A stretch of 17,143 nucleotides of DNA from Candidatus Nanohaloarchaea archaeon (lineage in GTDB: Archaea > Nanohalarchaeota > Nanosalinia > Nanosalinales > Nanosalinaceae), in contig JBDGRK010000001.1 in the NCBI GenBank assembly GCA_042218075.1, positions 1 to 17,143 on the forward strand, given 5' to 3'. The translations under genes and the position numbers were made by a program. The notes under the pieces are model-generated. The model saw only the letters and a list, made by a program, of their open reading frames with translations. It made no database searches and was not told the DNA's origin. Below are positions 8,433-13,851 of this stretch, piece after piece (the first letter of the stretch is position 1; every line of letters begins with the position of its first letter).

Positions 8433-8569
8433 TGGTTATCGACCTCTTCTATCTCATTAGTGTAGGCATCGCACTCGGGACAGTACCAAGTTGAAGTTTC
8501 AGGCGATGGGCCTTTTCTATAGATTTGAAGCCTTGAAGTACAATCGTGATTCTCATGTTTGTACGGCAC
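8429..8569 (-). CDS. Zinc-binding microprotein (46 aa)
   Basis: My translation: MPYKHENHDCTSRLQIYRKGPSPETSTWYCPECDAYTNEIEEVDNQ. Start and stop overlap both neighbours. Confidence 0.72.
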   Translation of the reverse strand: MPYKHENHDCTSRLQIYRKGPSPETSTWYCPECDAYTNEIEEVDNQ

Positions 8570-8835
8570 TATTGATTTTCACCTTCTTCCGTAGTTTTCC
8601 GCAAGAACTCTCGGAATTTTCTAGCCGCACTGCCATCAGCAGACTCCGGTAACTTGCCGTCATCCGTCAAGTCTTTTTCTACATCTTTCAAGTAGTCAAC
8701 AACTGTACCGGATTTTAGTTCTGTGTTTCGCAGGTATTCGTGGAAGTCATGCATGACGGAAGTTTTTTCGTCGCTGCAATTGTTGCTGACCCAGTACATG
8801 AAGTCTTCATCCGTCAAGCCTTCAGGGTACTTCAT
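8569..8835 (-). CDS. Small helical protein resembling a stand-alone tyrosine-integrase N-terminal (SAM-like/core-binding) domain (88 aa)
   Basis: DFHEYLRNTELKSGTVVDYLKDV...SAARKFREFL resembles the F..YL...S..T...Y...V and SA.R.F..FL pattern. There is no catalytic domain. Confidence 0.6.
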   Translation of the reverse strand: MKYPEGLTDEDFMYWVSNNCSDEKTSVMHDFHEYLRNTELKSGTVVDYLKDVEKDLTDDGKLPESADGSAARKFREFLRKTTEEGENQ

Positions 8836-8918
8836 TCAAACACCACTGCGTATACAATTAATGAACCGGTAACTGTGAAACATGTTACGGCTCCGTACAG
8901 AAAAATTTCTGGCATCAT
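8832..8918 (-). CDS. Single-pass membrane micropeptide (28 aa)
   Basis: MMPEIFLYGAVTCFTVTGSLIVYAVVFE; ATGA overlaps at both ends. Confidence 0.65.
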   Translation of the reverse strand: MMPEIFLYGAVTCFTVTGSLIVYAVVFE

Positions 8919-9118
8919 ATTTTTTCTGCCTCGCCGAACACTATCTCTGAGTCTTTGATTTCCTGGATCACGCCTTTTTCATCAATCTTGTTCATCTCCG
9001 GGAAGTTATCCGGTCTTCTGCCGTGTCTGTACCGGTATCGTTCATGGCTGCACGGATTGTTGTCCAATGGGCCGAAGCAGTCGATGTAGTTCATGCATTT
9101 GAAGCAGACATGAATCAT
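8915..9118 (-). CDS. Cys/His-rich small protein (67 aa)
   Basis: MIHVCFKCMNYIDC...PCSH. This is the 3' part of the track's 107-aa ORF, restarted at ATG 9118, which overlaps the stop of the 38-aa ORF. Confidence 0.65.
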   Translation of the reverse strand: MIHVCFKCMNYIDCFGPLDNNPCSHERYRYRHGRRPDNFPEMNKIDEKGVIQEIKDSEIVFGEAEKI

Positions 9119-9231
9119 TGCGGAATCACTTCGACGTGTGTCTCCGGGCCGTGGAATAGTTCCGGATATTTGCTGTGCGTCCTGGTTTTGATTTTCTGGA
9201 TACGTAGCCGTACCTCTTTTCTTGTTTGCAT
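9115..9231 (-). CDS. Basic microprotein (38 aa)
   Basis: MQTRKEVRLRIQKIKTRTHSKYPELFHGPETHVEVIPQ. Its ATG is the conserved ATGCAA of the repeated promoter, and it is ATGA-coupled downstream. Confidence 0.65.
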   Translation of the reverse strand: MQTRKEVRLRIQKIKTRTHSKYPELFHGPETHVEVIPQ

Positions 9232-9284
9232 TGGTCAAATCCCCTATCCCAACATTACATCAAGACTTTTTTAAACCTTTTGTC
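9226..9284 (-). promoter_or_regulatory. Repeated promoter + leader + start-codon cassette, copy 1
   Basis: 48/59 identical and ungapped to 10925-10983. Minus strand reads GACAAAAGGTTTAAAAAA (BRE/TATA) ... GGGATTTGACCAATGCAA. Confidence 0.8.
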
Positions 9285-9387
9285 TAACAGCTACATTGTT
9301 ATGGATATGATCTCTAGCCGCTTTCTTCGCCTCACCGCTTGAATCAAACTTTTCAACCCAGCCACAAACCCGGCAAAAACTAAACAT
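9271..9387 (-). CDS. C2H2-like zinc microprotein (38 aa)
   Basis: MFSFCRVCGWVEKFDSSGEAKKAARDHIHNNVAVRQKV; CxxCG...HxH. Confidence 0.65.
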   Translation of the reverse strand: MFSFCRVCGWVEKFDSSGEAKKAARDHIHNNVAVRQKV

Positions 9388-9580
9388 TTTGTTCAAGCAA
9401 CTTTTCCAACTGGCGGATCTCCATTTTCAAACCGTTGATTATTTGCTGCCGCTTCGAAATCTCCAAGTGAATATCTTTTCTATGCCGTTCCGGTAGCTCA
9501 TCCGGCAAATCCTCCACACTCGGTACAGGCTGGATCAGGTCAGACTCATGTGCAATCTTGAGAACGTCTGATTCACTCAC
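9380..9580 (-). CDS. Coiled-coil small protein (~66 aa)
   Basis: C-terminal heptads (INGLKMEIRQLEKLLE). I prefer the GTG start at 9580, which follows GAGGTCA, over the track's TTG at 9604. Confidence 0.65.
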   Translation of the reverse strand: MSESDVLKIAHESDLIQPVPSVEDLPDELPERHRKDIHLEISKRQQIINGLKMEIRQLEKLLEQNV

Positions 9581-9740
9581 TGATACTGACCTCGATTTTT
9601 TCAAACTCTTTACTCAATGATTTGACGGCGGAACCGATTTCATACTCCACGTCTTTGCCTTGATCGTTGTGCATGAAACGCAGAGCCGTGGATAAATGAC
9701 TGATCGCTTTCAAAACAGCATCCATTTCATCCTGTTTCAC
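9573..9740 (-). CDS. Hypothetical microprotein (55 aa)
   Basis: MKQDEMDAVLKAISHLSTALRFMHNDQGKDVEYEIGSAVKSLSKEFEKIEVSISE; GTGA overlap, fills the gap. Confidence 0.6.
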   Translation of the reverse strand: MKQDEMDAVLKAISHLSTALRFMHNDQGKDVEYEIGSAVKSLSKEFEKIEVSISE

Positions 9741-10024
9741 AGATGCATCACCGGTTTAAACGTGTTCACCGCTCGGTTATGATTCGATTTTTTACACGGC
9801 CTTTTCCCAGCCGTTATCACAGCGTGTCTGTCCCTCAAGTTGGAGATTCGGGGCTGGATGTTCTCCGGTTTCTCATCCATGAAATCAGCGACCTCTCTCC
9901 AAGTCGGCCACTCACCACGCGCCACATAATAGTTGTGCAGAGCTACAAACGTCCGGAACTCTAACTCGTTGAAAAAATCCTTGAACTGGTTTAAGACATC
10001 TTGGCTGACGGTTTCCGCAGTCAT
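9737..10024 (-). CDS. Winged-HTH DNA-binding protein (95 aa)
   Basis: WPTWREVADFMDEKPENIQPRISNLRDRHAVITAGKRPC is a phage-type wHTH pattern; GGAGGT RBS upstream. Confidence 0.78.
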   Translation of the reverse strand: MTAETVSQDVLNQFKDFFNELEFRTFVALHNYYVARGEWPTWREVADFMDEKPENIQPRISNLRDRHAVITAGKRPCKKSNHNRAVNTFKPVMHL

Positions 10025-10116
10025 TTATGCAGACCTCCGTTGTAAACGATTTTGCACCAAGATGAACAAAAACTTCCGCCGTGAATGCATTTACCACAAC
10101 GTTTGCACGCCGTCAC
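10021..10116 (-). CDS. Zinc-ribbon microprotein, CxxCG...FCSxxC type (31 aa)
   Basis: MTACKRCGKCIHGGSFCSSWCKIVYNGGLHK; GTGA/ATGA overlaps at both ends. Confidence 0.72.
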   Translation of the reverse strand: MTACKRCGKCIHGGSFCSSWCKIVYNGGLHK

Positions 10117-10277
10117 TCTGTATCGCCTGCAATCTTTTCCTGTATCCGATCCCTTTCACACTCCAAAAGCTCGGAAACCTCTCGAATCATCACGATTTCA
10201 TCGTCCGGGAAACCTTGCTCAAGGTAGAGATCGTCGCCGTAGGTTTGAAGCCGGGAATGCTTTTTTCCGTAACTCAC
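10113..10277 (-). CDS. Acidic microprotein (54 aa)
   Basis: MSYGKKHSRLQTYGDDLYLEQGFPDDEIVMIREVSELLECERDRIQEKIAGDTE; GTGA overlaps at both ends. Confidence 0.65.
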   Translation of the reverse strand: MSYGKKHSRLQTYGDDLYLEQGFPDDEIVMIREVSELLECERDRIQEKIAGDTE

Positions 10278-10579
10278 TGCTGCATCACTTTTTCAGTAAT
10301 CCCGTCCATGATTATTTCCGTGTATAGATCCATGAAACCTTTCAAGGTCTCGCCGTGACGTTCAAAATCAATTTCTTCCGTTGATTCACTGTTTTCTTTT
10401 GCAGTCTGCTTCCTGGCTTCCTTGAAGGCTGTCTGAGTAATGATCTGAACCTGCTTCTCCGAAAAACTATATCTTTTCCGAGGCTTGTCTGCTTTGTCGG
10501 CGGAGGAAAAACCCCCTTCCCCCTTTGTGGAAGATTCTTCGCTGCTTTCTCCGCCGAAAATAACGTCTTCTTGGCTCAT
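10274..10579 (-). CDS. Hypothetical protein (101 aa)
   Basis: Acidic, with a disordered N-terminus followed by helices; coupled at both ends. Confidence 0.75.
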   Translation of the reverse strand: MSQEDVIFGGESSEESSTKGEGGFSSADKADKPRKRYSFSEKQVQIITQTAFKEARKQTAKENSESTEEIDFERHGETLKGFMDLYTEIIMDGITEKVMQQ

Positions 10580-10662
10580 TTCCCTAGTTTTCTGTCTGCC
10601 TCGTGTTGAATGGGTTTAATCCAAATCCTAGTTTCTGCTTCATCAATACTTGGATTCGTCAT
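10576..10662 (-). CDS. Micropeptide (28 aa)
   Basis: MTNPSIDEAETRIWIKPIQHEADRKLGK; ATGA overlaps at both ends. Confidence 0.6.
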   Translation of the reverse strand: MTNPSIDEAETRIWIKPIQHEADRKLGK

Positions 10663-10754
10663 TTTGGAATCCCTCCGCACTCCGGACAATATTTCGTGGA
10701 TCTGGAGAACCAGTTGCCGCAGCTACCGCATTCTTGATCTGTCTGGATTGTCAT
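10659..10754 (-). CDS. CPxCG zinc-ribbon microprotein (31 aa)
   Basis: MTIQTDQECGSCGNWFSRSTKYCPECGGIPK; ATGA overlaps at both ends. Confidence 0.78.
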   Translation of the reverse strand: MTIQTDQECGSCGNWFSRSTKYCPECGGIPK

Positions 10755-10930
10755 CTCTGGATCACTTCGGACTGAAGTTTGACGATAATTGCATCTAGAA
10801 GCTCGGCTGTCCAGCCTGTTTCGTTGTCTCGCCAATTTTTCAAAGCTTTGATGGCTTCTGTGCTAGGTTTTTGCTGTGCGTTGAAAACGCTGTCAGGACT
10901 GGTGTCCTTTGTAAGTGTGTAGTCTTGCAT
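10751..10930 (-). CDS. Hypothetical microprotein (59 aa), first gene of its operon
   Basis: MQDYTLTKDTSPDSVFNAQQKPSTEAIKALKNWRDNETGWTAELLDAIIVKLQSEVIQR; starts at the ATGCAA of the repeated promoter. Confidence 0.72.
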   Translation of the reverse strand: MQDYTLTKDTSPDSVFNAQQKPSTEAIKALKNWRDNETGWTAELLDAIIVKLQSEVIQR

Positions 10931-10983
10931 TGGTCAAATCCCGTATCTAACTATTAGATCCGTTGTTTTTTAAACCTTTTGTC
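10925..10983 (-). promoter_or_regulatory. Repeated promoter + leader + start-codon cassette, copy 2
   Basis: Matches 9226-9284. Also contains the palindrome ATCTAA-cta-TTAGAT (10945-10959) between the TATA box and the leader. Confidence 0.8.
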
Positions 10984-11007
10984 GTATTGGTTGTGAGAAA
11001 AAACATG

Positions 11008-11047
11008 AAGGGAAAAACGAAAGAAGGAAAAATTTTCCTCCTTCCGT
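11008..11047 (-). terminator. Hairpin plus U-tract, terminator-like
   Basis: Minus-strand ACGGAAGGAGGAAA pairs with UUUCCUUCUUUCGU (two G-U pairs) and is followed by UUUUCCCUUCAUGUUUUUU. Confidence 0.55.
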
Positions 11048-11175
11048 GGGATTCGCCAATGCAAACTGGCAATTGAGGTACTACTTGACTTAGTTCCCAT
11101 GGACAGCCTCTACCTGTACCTGCATCCGGCATGGTTGCAGAGCCTTGCAGGATCGTCAAGAAGCCATCAATGTAA
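11012..11175 (-). ncRNA. Candidate structured non-coding RNA of unknown family
   Basis: Nested stems on the minus strand: AUUGA/UCAAU, GCU/AGU, CUUGAC/GUCAAG, CCUGCA/UGCAGG, GGC/GCC, ACAG/CUGU and GCCAG/UUGGC. It lies in the gene-free gap between two operons. Confidence 0.45.
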
Positions 11176-11210
11176 TTTTGTACCGCCAACCGTAAAAAAA
11201 TACCGGAAAA

Positions 11211-11468
11211 TTAGGCACTGGCCTCAGCTTCGTCATCATTTTTAGAATCCAGATAAGTACGGTACTTTTCAACTACATCCTTTGGAAAACCTTCATCCGG
11301 GTTCGGCACGAAATTGCCGTGGCCGGTATGCTCAAGATAGCCCTGCCATTCCAAAGAAATTAATGCATCTCTACCATTCTTTCCACTGTAAAAATTGTTG
11401 GCTGTCTTTACATCTATTCTTCCGTTCTTCAATGCTTTGAATAACAGGATTTTTCGCTTCTCGTTCAT
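11211..11468 (-). CDS. Small protein, possibly winged-helix (85 aa)
   Basis: ALKNGRIDVKTA...RDALISLEWQGYLEHTGHGNF is wHTH-like. Minus-strand TTTTTAAG lies about 30 nt upstream. Confidence 0.7.
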   Translation of the reverse strand: MNEKRKILLFKALKNGRIDVKTANNFYSGKNGRDALISLEWQGYLEHTGHGNFVPNPDEGFPKDVVEKYRTYLDSKNDDEAEASA

Positions 11469-11525
11469 CTATTTAATATAAAAAGAGCTGTAAAGCCTTA
11501 AAAATTTAATTAGTCTCAATTATAT

Positions 11526-11999
11526 TCATTCTTCTGTTAAAATTATTTTTCTTTCACATTTCGGGCATTTTTCATTTGTATTCTTCAAAACGTTTGAATT
11601 AATTTTAGCTCCGCAAGAACAAGGAAATTCAGCAGAAATTATATTCCCTTGTGCTAATCCGAACGGTGCTTTTTCCGTTTGGCAGAGTTTTTCAACAGCT
11701 TTCTTAACAAAATTACTTCTCTGATAAATGCCTTTTTTACGGGCAATATTCGCCACTTGGCTTTTTGCATATGGAAAATCGTCTTTCTCTAACAATTCAT
11801 AGGCAAGACTTTGCTGTCTAGGAGTTAGATTTGCTTGTTCTACAATATCCAGCGGTTCTTTGGATTGATCTAATTCTTGATCAAGATCTTCAGCTATTAA
11901 CTCTTCTATTCGATCGCTGCAATTTCTTTGCCCATATTTTTCTTTGGCTTTTTTCCATAAATCTTCTTCGATTGTTATACCTGGTTGAATTCGTCCCAT
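11526..11999 (-). CDS. Putative regulator: RHH/CopG-like N-terminus, helical (wHTH-like) middle, C-terminal zinc ribbon (157 aa)
   Basis: GITIEEDLWKKAKEK...NCSDRIEELIAEDL (RHH); LTPRQQSLAYELL...VKKAVEKL; CSCG...CPKC. Confidence 0.72.
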   Translation of the reverse strand: MGRIQPGITIEEDLWKKAKEKYGQRNCSDRIEELIAEDLDQELDQSKEPLDIVEQANLTPRQQSLAYELLEKDDFPYAKSQVANIARKKGIYQRSNFVKKAVEKLCQTEKAPFGLAQGNIISAEFPCSCGAKINSNVLKNTNEKCPKCERKIILTEE

Positions 12000-12004
12000 C
12001 TTAT

Positions 12005-12210
12005 TATCTATATATACAGCATAAATTAAATAGCTTTTTACTCAAAATTTAGATTATAACTATGTTATATTGTATAGTGAGCATAAAGTGAACACAATTT
12101 TTCCCTAATATAACAATGTTATATCTGCCTCTTTGGGAAAATAACACTTTACTTTATTTTGTATATATAGATATAGAAACTTGTTACTCAAAAGTTATTC
12201 TATTTAATAA
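12005..12210. promoter_or_regulatory. Very AT-rich divergent control region with inverted repeats and palindromes (candidate switch or origin)
   Basis: A 26-bp inverted repeat at 12005-12030/12148-12173 (23/26, with a perfect 14-bp core TATCTATATATACA). Palindromes TATAAC-N3-GTTATA at 12055-12069 and 12109-12123. Direct repeat TTACTCAAAA at 12038 and 12184. Confidence 0.7.
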
Positions 12211-12236
12211 AAAGTTTTGTTTACTTCATTAAAATT

Positions 12237-12320
12237 ATGTGGAACAGAAAATTCAAATTAATTAAAAAAACAGCGAAAGAAATAAAGGAAGAAAACAGAA
12301 AGAAAGACTTGCATGGCTGA
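12237..12320 (+). CDS. Possible basic micropeptide (27 aa)
   Basis: MWNRKFKLIKKTAKEIKEENRKKDLHG. TTTAATAA lies about 27-34 nt upstream, and it overlaps the next plus-strand ORF by 8 nt. Confidence 0.4.
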   Translation: MWNRKFKLIKKTAKEIKEENRKKDLHG

Positions 12321-12489
12321 AAAACTAGTGGTTGAATGGATTGCAGCTTTCACCGCAGCAATCCTGGCGGGGAAAGGACTAAAGAAACTGTTTCGGTTTA
12401 CGAAAGAGTTGTTGAAGATAATCGTTTTAGCCGGTTTCGTACTTACCGGTGCGATCCTGGTACTGATGGAATATATCGGAGCTCTCTAA
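12313..12489 (+). CDS. Two-helix membrane microprotein, FUN14-like pattern (58 aa)
   Basis: My translation: MAEKLVVEWIAAFTAAILAGKGLKKLFRFTKELLKIIVLAGFVLTGAILVLMEYIGAL. Hydrophobic-basic-hydrophobic layout; its stop overlaps the stop of the convergent minus-strand gene. Confidence 0.72.
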   Translation: MAEKLVVEWIAAFTAAILAGKGLKKLFRFTKELLKIIVLAGFVLTGAILVLMEYIGAL

Positions 12490-12728
12490 ATCTCCAGCTC
12501 CGCTGTCTTCTCCGCTTCTTCAATCTTTTTCCTGATTCTGTTCCGTTTCTTAGAGGCGTTGCCAAAGCTGATCCCTATTTCTTCAGCTGCTTCTTGAACT
12601 GTTAAGTCGGCGATTTCTGTCAGGACGTAGATTTCTGCTTCCCGAAACGCCAGCTTGGTTTCTCTTACCAAGTTCTCAGCTATTTCTTTGTGATCAACTT
12701 TGTAGCCGTCATCACCTTCAATTTTCAT
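12486..12728 (-). CDS. HTH protein of sigma70 region 4/LuxR-like type (80 aa)
   Basis: LAFREAEIYVL...LTVQEAAEEIGISFGNASKKRNRIRKKI. Confidence 0.82.
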   Translation of the reverse strand: MKIEGDDGYKVDHKEIAENLVRETKLAFREAEIYVLTEIADLTVQEAAEEIGISFGNASKKRNRIRKKIEEAEKTAELEI

Positions 12729-12987
12729 AGATTTCTGCCTCTGCTATTTTAATCTGATTCAGTGTTTTTCCTGAGCATTTGATGCAGGCAGAGCTTGGGC
12801 CTCTGTGACCGTCTGGAACGGATTTGTGTTTATGGATTTCGTGGCCGCAGTTCCTGCATTTGTATTTTATCCAGATCTTTTTCTGATATTCGCCTTTCTC
12901 TTCACTCCAGCGAGCTTCTTTATGACTTGTGTATTTTTCTAGATCTTCTTTGTCTATATTGTCGTCGCTAATTTGTAGATTTTGCAT
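12718..12987 (-). CDS. Zinc-ribbon protein (89 aa)
   Basis: YKCRNCGHE...ACIKCSG; TAATG coupling to the upstream gene. Confidence 0.78.
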   Translation of the reverse strand: MQNLQISDDNIDKEDLEKYTSHKEARWSEEKGEYQKKIWIKYKCRNCGHEIHKHKSVPDGHRGPSSACIKCSGKTLNQIKIAEAEIYEN

Positions 12988-13283
12988 TATTGATCATCCT
13001 CAAATTCTACGTCTTTTAGGCTTAGTCCGTAGTTTTCTAGCTCTTCTTCGAACGAAGGACCGAATTCATCGTTTTCTATTCTCTTTTTTAGGCTTGGGTC
13101 TGTTTTCAATCTTTCTTTGTAGTCTTCATCCATTTCTTCCTTAAGTTTCTCTTCTTCTTTCTTCTCTTCTGGAGTTGGAAGCATTCCCATTGAGAGCTGT
13201 CTTTGGTGTTCGCTTGATGACGTTAGCTTTTTTTGGTCTGTTTTTGAAAATCCTTTGATTGTGGTTGAGGTTGCGTTTTGCAT
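12987..13283 (-). CDS. Highly charged hypothetical protein (98 aa)
   Basis: E/K/D-rich; AGGTG RBS and a TATA box upstream. Confidence 0.78.
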   Translation of the reverse strand: MQNATSTTIKGFSKTDQKKLTSSSEHQRQLSMGMLPTPEEKKEEEKLKEEMDEDYKERLKTDPSLKKRIENDEFGPSFEEELENYGLSLKDVEFEDDQ

Positions 13284-13297
13284 TGTGTGTCCACCTT

Positions 13298-13352
13298 CTA
13301 TCCCAATATTGGGGATGAACCTTTATAAACCCTTCCCTTATCTAGGGATGAA
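13298..13352 (-). promoter_or_regulatory. Promoter with TATA box flanked by two palindromic operator-like sites
   Basis: TTTATAAA (13322-13329) sits between two TCCC-N7-GGGATGAA sites at 13301 and 13334, 33 bp apart. Confidence 0.75.
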
Positions 13353-13356
13353 AAAG

Positions 13357-13851
13357 CTATGTTCCTAGAAGAACTGTCGCCAAATCAAACAACAAACCGA
13401 ACTCAGGCCGTGGCATACTGTAATTGAAGCCTTCAAAAATGATGGACGCTGAAAACCCGGAGACAAAGTATGCGACCGGGTGATTCCGGAGAAGATCAGT
13501 CAACTTGTTATTTTTCCCCAACAGTTCTGCGATCTGTGGAAACGTTGCAAAACCTAGAAGCGTCCAGATCCCGGCATAGACGCCTTGGCCGGAGAGATAC
13601 GTCATCGACATCAAACCTGTGGAGATAAGGCTGATTTCGGCCCAGTGCCTGCTGTGGTCTGCAACTTTTTTTTCCTGTCTTTCACCGGTTTTGAACTCTG
13701 TCTCTATTTTTTTATCCAGTTCTTGCTGTCTGTTCCTCAAAATTTTTTCGTAATCTCTTGCTTCCGGGTTGTCCTGTTGGTCGAGTTCTTTTTCTAGTTC
13801 TTCGGCAAGGTCTTCTAAGTTTTCCGGTTCGAATTCGGAATCATCCGCCAC
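13357..13851 (-). CDS. Membrane protein with acidic coiled-coil N-terminus and several hydrophobic segments (164 aa)
   Basis: The N-terminal ~65 aa are charged. Hydrophobic stretches follow: WAEISLISTGLMSMTYL, VYAGIWTLLGFATF, VAYFVSGFSASIIF and FGLLFDLATVLLG. Confidence 0.8.
   Translation of the reverse strand: MADDSEFEPENLEDLAEELEKELDQQDNPEARDYEKILRNRQQELDKKIETEFKTGERQEKKVADHSRHWAEISLISTGLMSMTYLSGQGVYAGIWTLLGFATFPQIAELLGKNNKLTDLLRNHPVAYFVSGFSASIIFEGFNYSMPRPEFGLLFDLATVLLGT

Noticed and set aside
8915-9238. 107-aa ORF with TTG start
   Set aside because: The TTG lies within the conserved leader of the repeated promoter. The region is better explained as 38-aa and 67-aa coupled genes.
5600-10024. 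Similar N-termini MTAETLS, MTTKTLS, MTAETVS and MTEETPL in unrelated genes
   Set aside because: Too short, and largely explained by ATGA overlap and start-context bias.
11040-11125. HDV-like ribozyme or tRNA identity for the structured RNA (hairpin-CGAA-UCCCA resembles HDV P4-J4/2-P2)
   Set aside because: The HDV L3 pyrimidine-CC and J1/4 GG (P1.1) consensus and a proper P1 are missing. There is no cloverleaf or T-loop for a tRNA.
10947-11189. 80-aa ORF across the intergenic gap
   Set aside because: TTG start, non-acidic composition, and it runs through a terminator-like hairpin and a conserved promoter. It is not fully excluded.
12336-12605. 89-aa plus-strand ORF from the track
   Set aside because: It overlaps the HTH gene. 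A different plus frame (12313-12489) gives a coherent membrane protein that ends exactly at the convergent stop.
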